A DNA stretch of 63,666 nt, filler included, from Rhabdomonas costata (lineage: Eukaryota), in assembly GCA_019059605.1 (NCBI GenBank). It is 52 parts of 52 records of this genome, joined end to end, with 100 filler letters (N's around TTAATTAATTAA, not from the genome) between each part and the next. Parts side by side here need not be neighbours in the genome. Positions count along the whole stretch, not along the records: positions 51,508 to 52,633 come from JAHMHO010027320.1; positions 52,734 to 53,859 come from JAHMHO010027321.1; positions 53,960 to 55,085 come from JAHMHO010027322.1; positions 55,186 to 56,312 come from JAHMHO010027323.1; positions 56,413 to 57,538 come from JAHMHO010027324.1; positions 57,639 to 58,763 come from JAHMHO010027325.1; positions 58,864 to 59,989 come from JAHMHO010027326.1; positions 60,090 to 61,215 come from JAHMHO010027327.1; 44 more parts are not named here. One strand, given 5' to 3'. The translations under genes and the position numbers were made by a program. Positions 52,225 to 63,666 of the stretch are shown one piece after another (within the stretch, counting starts at the first letter, position 1; each line of letters starts with the position of its first letter). The notes under the pieces were generated by a model, which ran no database searches, was not told the DNA's origin, and worked only from the letters and a program-made list of their open reading frames with translations.

Positions 52225-52633
52225 TGCGAAGGAACCCAGCAAACAACGGAGACAGAAGACACGAACCCAGAACCCGAACCCCAAGACAGAAACGAAGGCC
52301 AGAACCGCGAACCCCGAAACGCAACCCCGAACCCAGTACCCAGAGACAGAAAGCGAAGGCCGAAGACCAGTGTACACAGGCAAGCCTTGTACACGACCTA
52401 AGCAGAAGGACCGAAGACCAGACAGCAAACCACCCCAAGCCCCAAGGACACCGCTCCAACCCACACCAGCACCCGAACTCAGAACCTCACCTCACGCAGG
52501 AACCCACCGCACACAACCCCACCCCATGAACCCGACACCAGAAGTACACGAAGGCCAAGAGAAGCAACCCAGGAGACATTCCCAGCACCGCAAATAGAGG
52601 AACTGAAGGCCGAACCCAGAAACCCACCACACC
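52225..52633. repeat. A/C-rich degenerate (GAACCC-like) repeat tract
   Basis: gaacccagaacccgaacccc..., repeated gaaggcc; same style as 40985-41365. Confidence 0.75.
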
Positions 52634-55600
52634 NNNNNNNNNNNNNNNNNNNNNNNNNNNNNNNNNNNNNNNNNNNNTTAATTAATTAANNNNNNNNNNN
52701 NNNNNNNNNNNNNNNNNNNNNNNNNNNNNNNNNTTTGTTGGAAAACTCTCACAAATACAAAAGTTTGATGTACATTGATTGTAAATCCTGATGGTTAATT
52801 TGTAAAACACGGTAGAAAATTTCCGAAAACGTTCATCTGTAGGCTTGAATTTTAAATAAACTAAAGCCAATCAGGGTAAACACGCAATAGTGTACAAAAC
52901 ATGGTCAATCATGGAATGAGGGGACAAAAATTGCAATGCAACGCGAGGGAACTCAAAAGAAGGCGCAGTTTGAGTGCACTGCGCAACACAAGTGTTAAGT
53001 AAACAAACATCCTGTCAAAAGAACTGTGTTGCGGCAAAGGTCATTGATTGTTCAGCGGTAAATTCGCCCAAAAGATGAATGGGTTGAGAATGAGCGGGAG
53101 ATAATTGGCCATAAAACCCGACATGTGGTTAACAGGGAAACTGTTTCGTGGGAGAAAAGGGTCAGTTCGAAAGATTTGTAAATTTGCATGGAAAATTTTG
53201 CGTTTACAGAAGCTAATGCGTGAGAAAAAATTCGAGACGGCAATTTGGCAAGAATGTGGAATCATAATAACTTCCATGTTCACAGCGGCCCATTGACCTA
53301 CAATAGACTTTGCCTCCACACGAGGTCTGTATCTAAAGTCTGGCCAATGACGCCGTACTTTGTGAAATGCTTGGGTTCCGCCTGATGCGGTCTTCTTTGT
53401 AAACACAGGGCACAGAGCATCAGATTCAGCGTCTACTACTCTAGCATCCATCTAGTTTTTTGAAATCCGCTATGAACTTTGTTCTGGCATTTATCCAACA
53501 GAAAATATGAACCATTCACTCGGTGGAACCAATCCATCCATAAAGCGATCGAAAGGAGAAAACCGCAAAAGATGAATAAACGAGAAAAATATTAAAGTCC
53601 GCAAAACAGTGGATCATCTCATCTAAAGTCGCATTTTTCTCCAAAATGGTGGACACAAAAAGCGCGTACAATTAAATTTTTAAGAAGCGACCAAGCCTGT
53701 GCAACAAGGTCATTTAAGTGGAATACAAATCAATGTTATGTGCCTAAAAGGCGAGCAACTGAGACATTTTACTGTTGACGCGAACACGCCCGGCATCCCA
53801 GATATACTCATGGTTTTTGCCCTTTTATTTCATCTAACATCATACGGTTAGTTCAATACNNNNNNNNNNNNNNNNNNNNNNNNNNNNNNNNNNNNNNNNN
53901 NNNTTAATTAATTAANNNNNNNNNNNNNNNNNNNNNNNNNNNNNNNNNNNNNNNNNNNNGAGTACCGGGAAACTAGGGCAAAATACCCCCACATATTCCC
54001 TGACCACGGTAGCGAGGTCACATAGCGCGCCATTTTACAGGAATTTCTCGTCTTTGTGTGCTGTGTGCAGACAGAAAGGCACAAAAAATCGAGAAACTGT
54101 TCCCCACAGCGCCTTAACAAAGGCAAGGGTACGAAACAAGAACGCTACAAATGCTATAAGACGCAAATAGAACTTTTGGGGGGCATTAAACGTTAAACAT
54201 TGGTTTCCATTTTCGTTTCATTTTTGCGGTTCTTGGGGCTACAATTTGCACATGGATTCGGCGAGTACTGTAAGTGCAATACCCAGACCCTAAAAATGTC
54301 CCTCAGACCCATATATAAATTGAGAGATGTTATTGTAACCCTGAGGGCGCAGCCGAAGCAGGCCCGGGGTCTTTTGTTTGTGTGTGTTGCAGTATCCGAA
54401 ACCCGAAACGAGAGACTATTTGGTTACATTTCCAACTGAAGGCTTTGCAGCCCATATTAAAGTCGTTGGACCCTTCCGGCGTCCTGTAAAGTTTGATGCT
54501 GAAGTTAAGGGGTAAGGTGTAGCCTTGCAGCATTGCATCTACGCGTATTTTCGAAAAAATTCGCTGTGCGAGTCTTTTCACAAAATCGCATTGCAAACAT
54601 CATGGACAGGATAAAAAACGCGCTAAATAGCTACAAAAACACAAAAAAAAAACTTGAAGCCAATAAACGCAATAAAAAAGAAGGAAGGAACTTCTACCAC
54701 ACCTTTTGATCAACCGAGGAGATGAGTATTTTAAAAATCACGGAAAAATCTTGTCTGGCGCTGTATCCGGTATCGCACATCATCAAAGACCTGAAGTAAG
54801 ACAACCAAACGGCTGCCGTCGTGCGCAGCACGGACGGTGGCGGACACTGAGGTGGCCTCCGAAGAGGTCGTGCTGTCCATTGGAAGCACCAAGGAGTAGA
54901 AGGGCTTCACTCGATCCCTTGGGGTGGAGAAGGAAACACTTGGGGTAAACCACACAAACTATCAAACAAACAGGAGTGCAGTATGGCAACCTTACTGCAA
55001 AGCAGACCCAAGGGGCTTCCGCGGGTTATCGATGTTTGCGCGTTTTTTGGTGTGATTTTCCGCTCGGTGGTGTAACACAACCCCCNNNNNNNNNNNNNNN
55101 NNNNNNNNNNNNNNNNNNNNNNNNNNNNNTTAATTAATTAANNNNNNNNNNNNNNNNNNNNNNNNNNNNNNNNNNNNNNNNNNNNGTGTGTATGAGTGTG
55201 TGTGTGTGTGTGTGTGTACAGGGAGATTCCCTACTACTACTTTTTTAAATGACTGGTACCAGGCTACTATTCGAATATTTACGGTATACAAGGACATCGA
55301 CCGATCAAAGCCCTCTTCTTCTCCGCCGCCTCCTCCTCCTCCGAACACACAGAACCAATTCGCAAGAAGCAGAACAAAATCTCAACCGGGGATTTACAAG
55401 TGCTCATTTTGTAATGTTACTGCCCTTGATATGCCGGATCCGAACTGTGTCATTTTACCCGATCACTGCCACCACACCCCAGCAAGTTGGCTCGAATAGT
55501 ATTTCGGAATCCCGCCCCTCCGAAAAAATTGCAGCCGGGGCTTCTCATAGAACATGTACGGTAACCAACTTGGTTAAAGGATACTGTCACAGTGAGTGAG

Positions 55601-56231
55601 TGTGTGTGTGTGTGTGTGTGTGTGCCCGTTTTATGGGGAATTATAGCCATTATTCTATAATACCGCTGTGGACACGTATTTTAGGATAACTGCGGAATGC
55701 GCGCAAGCTGTGCCAAATTGGGACGATTTTTTACTTAATACAGTTTTAGGGGTGAAAAATTTGCATGAAATTTCAACTTTCTTTTTGTTCTCGGTCTTTT
55801 CTTGTTGGCAAGTGTTGCATCCGTACTAAATCGAGAAAAGTCTCTGTGAGCAAACGATGCAGTTATCGTTGTCATTATGATTGTTATCGTTGTGAAGTGC
55901 AATTTGAGGTAGTTTGCCTGTAAATTCAATGCGTTATTTATTTTCCTGCTACTCTAGGAGTTTCAGCATTTTTAGCTTCAGGTTTCTGGTTATCCAAATA
56001 AAGGTATCCATGGCGATAACCTTATTCTCGGGCTGTGTAATGATATTTTGCGCTGTAATATGATTATAGCATATTGATATGACAGGTATGAAATATTTTA
56101 TGGCTATAGTTTTCTGGCTATGCTACCCCCCCCCCTGCAAGTATCGCTTCCCCTTCAACTTTGGATGATGTGGCGTTCCCTTAGGATGGTCATGTGGATT
56201 GATACGACACGCAGTGCGTTTGGATGGCTTC

Positions 56232-56309
56232 TGTGAAAGAAACGGCCAGCGTGGGGTTCCCCTCATTTGCAGAGCCCAAGGGAACGCCACGCTGGCCGTT
56301 TCTTTCACA
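56232..56309. repeat. Terminal inverted repeat (23-bp arms)
   Basis: tgtgaaagaaacggccagcgtgg ... ccacgctggccgtttctttcaca. Confidence 0.92.
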
Positions 56310-56412
56310 CAANNNNNNNNNNNNNNNNNNNNNNNNNNNNNNNNNNNNNNNNNNNNTTAATTAATTAANNNNNNNNNNNNNNNNNNNNNNNNNNNNNNNN
56401 NNNNNNNNNNNN

Positions 56413-56900
56413 GTTGGGTCTTGGGCTGGGTGTCGCGTTGCTGTCGTTGCTGTAGGTGGGTCTCCAGATCTTCGTCTACGTGTCGTTCTCCGTCTCCTTC
56501 GCCTAGTAGTGTGCGTTCTCGTAGTTTGCTGCTGTGGGTTCGTCCGCGTTTTTGTCCTTTCCTTCCTATCCGGCTTTGCACTCTCAAGTTAGCATCCAGG
56601 TGTTGGTATCGGGTTCCGTGTGTTGGCCTTTAGGTGTGCTTGTGGGTTCGGGTGTGGGTGTGGGGTTTGGTATCGCGTTGATGGTGTTGGCCTTAAATTC
56701 GTGTGGGCGTGCGTTCTTTATTGTATTAGGGTTAGGGTATAGGTGTAGAGGGTTCTGTGTCTGTAGCGTAGGTTGTAGCATAGGGTGTTGCGTAGGGTGT
56801 GTGGTCTGTAGCGTAGGGTTGGTAGTTGGTGCGTAAGGTGTGTGGGTCAGGTGCTTGGTGTTGGGCTTATCGGGTGGAGGGTGTGAAGTGGAGGTTTGGA
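56413..56900. repeat. G/T-rich degenerate repeat tract
   Basis: gcgtaggg/tgtagcgtagg units; ttagggttaggg near 56726. Confidence 0.75.
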
Positions 56901-57638
56901 GCATTGGCGTAAACCACAAGTTGGCACACGTCACATGGCCCTCTGTAACAGTCGACAATACACCACCATGGTTGTAGGCTAAGGACCAACGTAGGGGCAT
57001 GGTTACCCTATTAGCAGTTCTTCGCGTACCCTATGGATGGTAGTGGTAGAGCTGAAGGGTATAGACGTAGGAGTAACATCCAAACCTCCACCTGATGCGC
57101 TACCCCTGCTGTAAGGTGGAACGTCATGGCTGAGGGTCGTCGTGGCTGAGGGACGACCTGGTAGTGGTGATGCCTACCGGTGGAAGCCCTCAGGGTACAA
57201 CATCCGAAGTGGAGCCCGCCGAGGGCGACATGACAGATGCTGACAACCACCCTGAGATGCAACCACACAGCATCAACCCACTGCTACGGTATGACCACCA
57301 GCATGATGGATGTTAGAGGCTCTCAGGGTGTAAGGTGACATCGAAATGCAATGGGCCATCTTACGCCTTCATGTTGAGAGAGCGGGCAGCCTCCGCAATC
57401 AGGGGGTGAGAGCAAGACCCGATGTTGGTTGACGCGATGCCAAACTGAGGGTGTGAGTTGAGGGGCGGTGGCTGCCAAGATGATGCATGATTCCTACTCC
57501 TACTACGCATGGCTCCGTGGCTACGCTCCGACCCACACNNNNNNNNNNNNNNNNNNNNNNNNNNNNNNNNNNNNNNNNNNNNTTAATTAATTAANNNNNN
57601 NNNNNNNNNNNNNNNNNNNNNNNNNNNNNNNNNNNNNN

Positions 57639-58224
57639 GTGGTGGGGTGCAGCCGGCCGACCCGATGCCCACCACCAAAGGCTCCGCACTCGGCCGGCTG
57701 CACCCCTCCTGCGGCACCCCCGCAGAAGGCTTCATCACAAGCATCTCCCCACTTGAGGACTCGGAGAGGTCCAGCCTGGGGATCGCTGGAGTAGCCTTCA
57801 CACGGAAGCTACCTGGACCCGGGGTCGGTCCATTCCGAGTCCCCCGGGAATTCGGGGTCTTCGCCCCCGTTGCGGAAGAGGCCCACGAGCTCTTGCGGTC
57901 CCCAGATCGCATGCTGAACGCCCGAGATGAGCCCCGGCTGCTGCCGACGAAGCTGCTCTGCGTATCGCTCCTTTTGTGGCAGTGCTCGCACCGCATGGGT
58001 CGCATGCAGAGCTCGCAGAGCTGGATCCCGGAGGCCCCAGAGCGGGACGACGGGGGCTCCGTGGCTGTCCCTTCTCGCGCGGCGGTGGAGGAGCGTCGAG
58101 TGGAGGCTGAGGCTGAGGCTGCGGCGGGAGGGGCGGGGGCAGCGGCCTGCTTGATTTCCGGGAATTGCCGCCCGGAGAGTACAGAGGAGCACATGTGCAC
58201 CACCCCCTGCTGGGCCACCATGCC
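57639..58224 (-). CDS. Large exon, Ser/Ala-rich protein with C-x2-C-x5-C-x2-C cluster
   Basis: gcgcag|GGCATG; open to the contig edge; CELCMRPMRCEHCH; GC3-rich. Confidence 0.55.
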
Positions 58225-60692
58225 CTGCGCAAACCCCACCCCACACATGGGGCACGGGAATGGGACAAAAGGGCTCGACCGAATCTCCCCCGTCCCAAAT
58301 CCCACGGAATTTTCCCATGTCGCAAATCATTTCATGAATCTAGATTGCCCGGTTCATCTCAAACCGGAGAGGTGGAAGAACGTTTGTAGATGAAAGAGGG
58401 ATGTTTCGGACTTAACAGAAGTTTGGAGATTTGGAGAGAGTGATTCTGTGCTTTCTCCTGCATTTCAGCTTCCAAGAGAGGCGGATGCGGGGTGTCAAAT
58501 CCTTCATTCTCAGCTTGAATGCTGGGACCGGACCTGAATGCTAAAGTACTGTACGAGCCCCTGTCCGGGAGGAGGGGGGATCAAGCAACAAACTACCGTC
58601 CACGTAGTTCAATATTGGCTGAAACAGTCTAACAGAATTTGGTACCCCAATCTGAAACCTAGAAAAGCGAAAGAGGGTAGCCTGATGCACGCGGAGATAG
58701 AGGGGCGGGTTCCAAATGAAAAAATGAGGGGGAGGGGCTGCACACTTTCAGGGTGAAGTTTCCNNNNNNNNNNNNNNNNNNNNNNNNNNNNNNNNNNNNN
58801 NNNNNNNTTAATTAATTAANNNNNNNNNNNNNNNNNNNNNNNNNNNNNNNNNNNNNNNNNNNNGGGTTGGAGAATTCCCTCGACCCCGATGATCATGCGG
58901 TAACTGGCGAGGACGAGATGGTGCAGCCCTCTCTCCCAACAACAGAGTTGTGCAAAGGAGCTGGAAGCTGCAGGACTGGCGGGGGTGCTTCCAGCTGAGA
59001 GGGCTCGCTCCAAGGTTGTCAGAGGTGCCCAAGCTCATCTTCGTCTTGCAGCACCAGGCTGTCGTCGTCGTGCACCCCCAAGGCCATGCAAGGGGGTGCG
59101 GTGCGCGACGAACGCAACGAGCTCTTGGAACTGAAGCGGAAGCTCGACGACAGATGCCGCGCCAGTGCAAGACCGGAAGGAGCACAACGGTGAGGAGTGG
59201 CCTGTAGCGAAGGCGAGACGCGGGGCTCAGTTGCCCGCAATAGTCCAACAGGAGGTCGACTACAATACACGATGGAGATAACCACACAAGCACACGCGCA
59301 TCCACACACATACACACTTTTGGTTATCCCAGTGTGCGTCAAAGTTGAAGCGGGTCTTGTCCAAAGCATGTCGAAGGTGAGCCAGCTCCAAGGTGACATC
59401 CTCCATGATGGGGGAAAACACTGAAAGAGCCCCTTCAAAAAAAAAGACCCTTCAAAACCCATCCACCTGGCATATTTCATCTAAGCTCAACATTGTTCCC
59501 GTAACGAAACGTAGTGTAGTGTAGGGTTTAGTTACGAGAAAAACGGGAAAATGTCCGTGTGTGTGTGTCTGTGTGTCTGTGTGTAGACTTTTTTTGCGCT
59601 CTTTTTTTTTTGCGCGAAATAGTCGGCGTTTCAAGCCTCCGTAGGGCCTTCAAGCCCCAGGTTTGTGGGGGTGGGCTATCCGATGGAAAAATTCCGGGGC
59701 AAAACGTCGACGATTTTAATTTTTCGAACCTATTAACCCCCCTCATGAAAATTTTCATTTTTTGGGCCGCGGACGTTGCCGAATTTTTTCTCAAAAAAAC
59801 GCCAAAAATCGCTTTTTTACTGAGTGTAATCATTTTTTCGACCTCCACCCATCCGCTTTTGTTCTGCGGGCAAGTGGGGGTCGCCCTCAGGGCGACCCTG
59901 TTCTCTATTACTGTTGTGTTTTCCTCTTCTGACGTGTGCCTGCCGAGAAGCCCACCCCCGAAGGATAATGGCGGGCTGTGACTGGGCCTNNNNNNNNNNN
60001 NNNNNNNNNNNNNNNNNNNNNNNNNNNNNNNNNTTAATTAATTAANNNNNNNNNNNNNNNNNNNNNNNNNNNNNNNNNNNNNNNNNNNNGGAGTCTTCTC
60101 TCGGAAGATTCCCATCGCTTCTATTATGGCGCGTTTGTGCTCTCGTGGTCCTGGTTGGCTTCGTTACTGTGTAAGCTTCTTTCCTCCACGCTTAAAAGAG
60201 GGTGCACAGTGAGCCCTTTATATCTGCCATATACTGTGTACAGGGACGAGGGTGGGGTTTTTAGTTTTCTGCCCTCTAGTCCCCCATAAGGTGAAATGAA
60301 GTTGCCGCTCCATTACTTGGAATTACTTGGAGTGCGACAACCGAATTGTATGTGAGGCTGATGGCCCGAGGGGGTGTGCACGCCGCAGCTGTGGCTGTGG
60401 TAGCAGTGGTGGCAGCAGTGATGCCATCGGGCGGGTTGGCTCCCCGGTGCAGTTGGAGTGCTCCAGCAACGCTGAGGCTCTGTTGGAGCAGCTTCTGGCC
60501 GTTTTCCTGGAAAGGGATGACGGGGCGCAGGTTTCCATATTGATATTCTATCTGATGTTGGCCTCCTTTTCCCAAGGTGTCGTTCGCATGCGTCTCAAGG
60601 CTCGTCTTTGCAAACTGGGATGATGCCGATGTGCTCACTAATAGCAATTCTTTCTTGGCTTGCATAGATGCACTCAAGCGCTAGGAAGCTGG

Positions 60693-60718
60693 GAAGAAGA
60701 AGAAGAAGAAGAAGAAGA
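60693..60718. repeat. (GAA)n microsatellite
   Basis: About 8 units. Confidence 0.9.
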
Positions 60719-61315
60719 TGTGAGTTGATGGCTGCTTGCTGCCCCAAGAAAGATTGGAATGGTGTGTTCGCAGAGCTCCTATCTCGCTCCTCTTTTTGTG
60801 TGGGGTGGCTGCAGGTTCTGGAATCCTTTGTGGGCTTTGTCGTCGCGCATGTAGCGAAGCTCAGCATTCTCGGGGATTGGAAGCCCTTTTTGGAGGTGTG
60901 GCTGGGTCCTCCCCATGCCATTCCCATGCTATTGCCATTGCCATGCTATACCCACCAACCCTGTGAAGTCTTTTGCATAAGAGTTTAGGCAAACGCTGGC
61001 CTTACCCGTGAATGCCTCGAAGCAGGTTCACTGCCGGTCTGATTTTTTTGAGGGGGGAGGGGGGAGGTTATACGGTGTAACGCCGTTGTAAACAGTGAAA
61101 GACGAAACAAGACCAAGGGGGCCTCGCCGAAGTGCACACCAGCGTACATGCTTCGCTTTGAAGTGCATGCCAGGAACGACCGAGATCCGCCCCCCAGACA
61201 TCGTGCCCACAACACNNNNNNNNNNNNNNNNNNNNNNNNNNNNNNNNNNNNNNNNNNNNTTAATTAATTAANNNNNNNNNNNNNNNNNNNNNNNNNNNNN
61301 NNNNNNNNNNNNNNN

Positions 61316-61511
61316 TTGAAGAGGAATTCGTGACCCGCCTGCTGGGCCGCGTCGCCGTGAAGGGCAAGACGCTGGGCGTGGAGGTGTACGAGGTGGTGGG
61401 GCTGCGGGCGCAGGTCACGGAGGAGGTTGCGGATTCCGCCGCGCTGTACTCCAAGGCCGCTCGAGCTTTTCTGGAGCGCCGGTTCGAGCACTCCCTGGAG
61501 CTACTCAAGGG
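61316..61511 (+). CDS. Class III adenylate/guanylate cyclase, end of catalytic domain
   Basis: EEFVTRLLGRVAVKGKTLGVEVYEVVG (VKGK motif) plus helical tail AFLERRFEHSLELL; donor |gtacgc. Confidence 0.88.
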
Positions 61512-62546
61512 GTACGCGGCATTTATGCATTTATGCGACGTCCAACATATGGTTTCTCTCTGGTGTTGATTGTGGACAGGTGTTTGTTTGGGGTTGAGAC
61601 TAGCGGCTTTCCTATGCTCAAATTGTGTTTGGCTTCAAGAGGTGCGTGAGTACCCATCTTCATCTTCCATCTTTTCCTTCAAGCCGGGATCTACCCACCC
61701 TCCAAATCTCTTCCCAAGTCAGCAAGAAATGTGTGGGCCGGCGCACCTTCCCTCTTTTTGGTATCCCAATGTGTGCTGCAGAGTGTCTGTAGCTTCCCGA
61801 ACGGTCAGAGTTTCAGAGAATCAAATTCAAATCAAATGAAATTCAAATAAGAATCAAGGTTTTTGGTGCTCTTTTTTCTTTCTTTTCAGGACATCTAGCA
61901 ATTTTCCTTTCCCGCTGTGGTTCTCGGTTTTCTATGGCATAAGATTGGTGCAGTGTTGGGTGCGATGCCGCACTGGTACTGGTTGGTGGGACAAGCACTG
62001 CAGGTGCTTGGAGCAACCGATCAGCAAGCGAATGTATATTCTTGCTGATTACGAGCTTCGTAAAAATCAGCAGGAAGGCGGAGAGCTCCGCCACTTTAGG
62101 CCCTTCAGGCCCGATGACATTTCCCATCCCTTCTTCGCTCATTCCGGCTGCCTTCTATTCCATCTAACTCCATTAGACTCTCTCACTATGCCTTGTCCAC
62201 TTTCGACTGGACAAAGCCCTGCACAGTTTTTTCAAGTGAAAAACTACGTGTTCAACTGACTCTATCTGAACTGCACCTGCTCTTCATCGAGGAAATATGT
62301 CACCTCATAAATATTCCAGCGAATTGGACGAGCACTCCGCTGTCCCCATCACCACCGCAAGATGTAATACGTTCTCTCCAACCCCAACTCGCAATCTCAC
62401 ACATAGGCGATTTAATACCGTGACGTGCACCACAAAACCCNNNNNNNNNNNNNNNNNNNNNNNNNNNNNNNNNNNNNNNNNNNNTTAATTAATTAANNNN
62501 NNNNNNNNNNNNNNNNNNNNNNNNNNNNNNNNNNNNNNNNTGTTGG

Positions 62547-62630
62547 GTGTTACACCCCATTTTTGCTGTCAACCGGGGTGATATGGACGCTCATATCACC
62601 CCGGTTGACAGCAAAAATGGGGTGTAACAC
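62547..62630. repeat. Palindrome (39-bp arms, 6-nt loop) at contig start
   Basis: gtgttacaccccatttttgctgtcaaccggggtgatatg-gacgct-catatcaccccggttgacagcaaaaatggggtgtaacac. Confidence 0.95.
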
Positions 62631-63660
62631 ACGTATAATACAAAGACATGAAACCTCTGTTTGAGTCACTTATATGGTGAGCGACGATCCACCTGGGTGA
62701 TGCAAAAAGATGCCGAAGAAAAACGTCGGGAATGTGGCAGTGAGACATATGAAAGCTTCGGAGGAGACGATCGACCTTTGACCGCTTGACCTGGGTTCCT
62801 TGCATTTGTGTATCGTGGCTGGCGGGGGTTTGGGCGCAGTGAGGGTCGCGGAGAATGACTCTGCTGTGTTTGCGGCGTACGGCTGAGCAATGGGCTTTTA
62901 AGGCAACCTGACCTGACGCCTTACCTCGACTTCGGCGACTCTCCTCCAGGATGTCGCCACAAATGGGGAGATTGTATTTTTCTTGAAATGACATGCTGCG
63001 AACCAGTGATGAAGCCCGTGAATTTGCAAAGCGAGGGGCTGTCCGGAAGAGCCATCCGACAGGTCTGCGCGGCGGCGGAGCGGCGGTGGGTGTCGGAAAG
63101 GCTGGCGGTCATTGCCGCGGAACACAGCACTCGCGCTGGCGAGGGCAGCGGGGAAGTCGAGGAGGAGCTCCCCGCCCCCTCGCTGGCGGTGTACCTGGAG
63201 GCCCTTCTGCTCGCTGACCTAGGAACCTTCTCCGGTGTCTCGTCGGCGAAGGGTGTGCGTGGAAAATTGTAAAGTTGGCTCATCTGGTTGAGACCATGCA
63301 TCCTCCTGTCTAGGCCCTTGTCCATGGCTTGCCGGAGTAATACTCTGTTCGGTATAACAATAGATAGGCCGACGATTGGGGGTACTATTTACGGTTCGGG
63401 AAACCTCAGAGGGAGACCATTAGGAATGGGACTGCCATTATTGCTTTATACCTTTTTGGTGTTTTTTCGCGTGAATATGGGAGTGGATGATGATGCAGGG
63501 TGCGTCTCCGTGTTTTCTCTCAATTATAGCCTTTTTCCATTATAACCTTTTTCCAAGTCATTCTCGATTGCACACTGTAATTCGTTTGCATGCCCAGAAC
63601 CAACCCCGATATGGACGCTCATATCACCCCGGTTGACAGCAAAAATGGGGTGTAACACAC
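62580..63660. repeat. 53-bp direct terminal repeat (62580-62632 = 63608-63660), period 1028 bp
   Basis: gatatggacgctcatatcaccccggttgacagcaaaaatggggtgtaacacac at both ends, same orientation. Confidence 0.92.
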
Positions 63661-63666
63661 CAACAC

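Noticed and set aside
57647..58393. 248-aa plus-strand ORF
   Set aside because: Likely the antisense shadow of the minus-strand exon, which has an acceptor and GC3 bias
1128..62540. Regularly spaced TTAATTAATTAA as a CRISPR-like or biological repeat array
   Set aside because: Always embedded in N44 runs; it is an artificial six-frame-stop linker between size-sorted contigs
1..63666. Gene neighbourhood or operon-like system (for example PDE + cyclase, or PARP + retroelements)
   Set aside because: The genes lie on separate contigs ordered by length, so adjacency carries no information

Overview
This is not contiguous DNA. The window is 52 unrelated contigs of about 1.12-1.13 kb, joined by 51 artificial 100-nt spacers (N44-TTAATTAATTAA-N44, stops in all six frames). 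Many contigs start with G/T-only tails or end with A/C-only tails, some nearly matching the GenomePlex-type WGA primer, so it is a size-sorted bin of a fragmented whole-genome-amplified assembly. The content is an intron-rich, repeat-rich eukaryote with short GC3-rich exons and GT-AG introns whose donors are very degenerate. A flagellate, probably a euglenid, is my inference, not proof. Recognisable exons: MTR4 helicase (3 exons, one frameshift), Glu/Leu/Phe/Val dehydrogenase (2 exons), class I PDE, class III nucleotidyl cyclase, CDC14, acyl-CoA dehydrogenase, ERGIC/Erv41-46, WD40, an ODF3/PGP-repeat protein, an RS-rich protein, and an hnRNP-Q-AcD-like + CCCH protein. There is also an intronless PARP-like ADP-ribosyltransferase ORF and decayed Ty3/gypsy gag, protease and integrase fragments. 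No rRNA, convincing tRNA or CRISPR array was seen. I cannot support a new multi-gene system, because adjacency across spacers means nothing. The best leads lie within single contigs: the divergent ART, two head-on unfinished genes in 12268-13394, a 1028-bp circular or tandem unit, unusual splice donors, and small structured repeat families.
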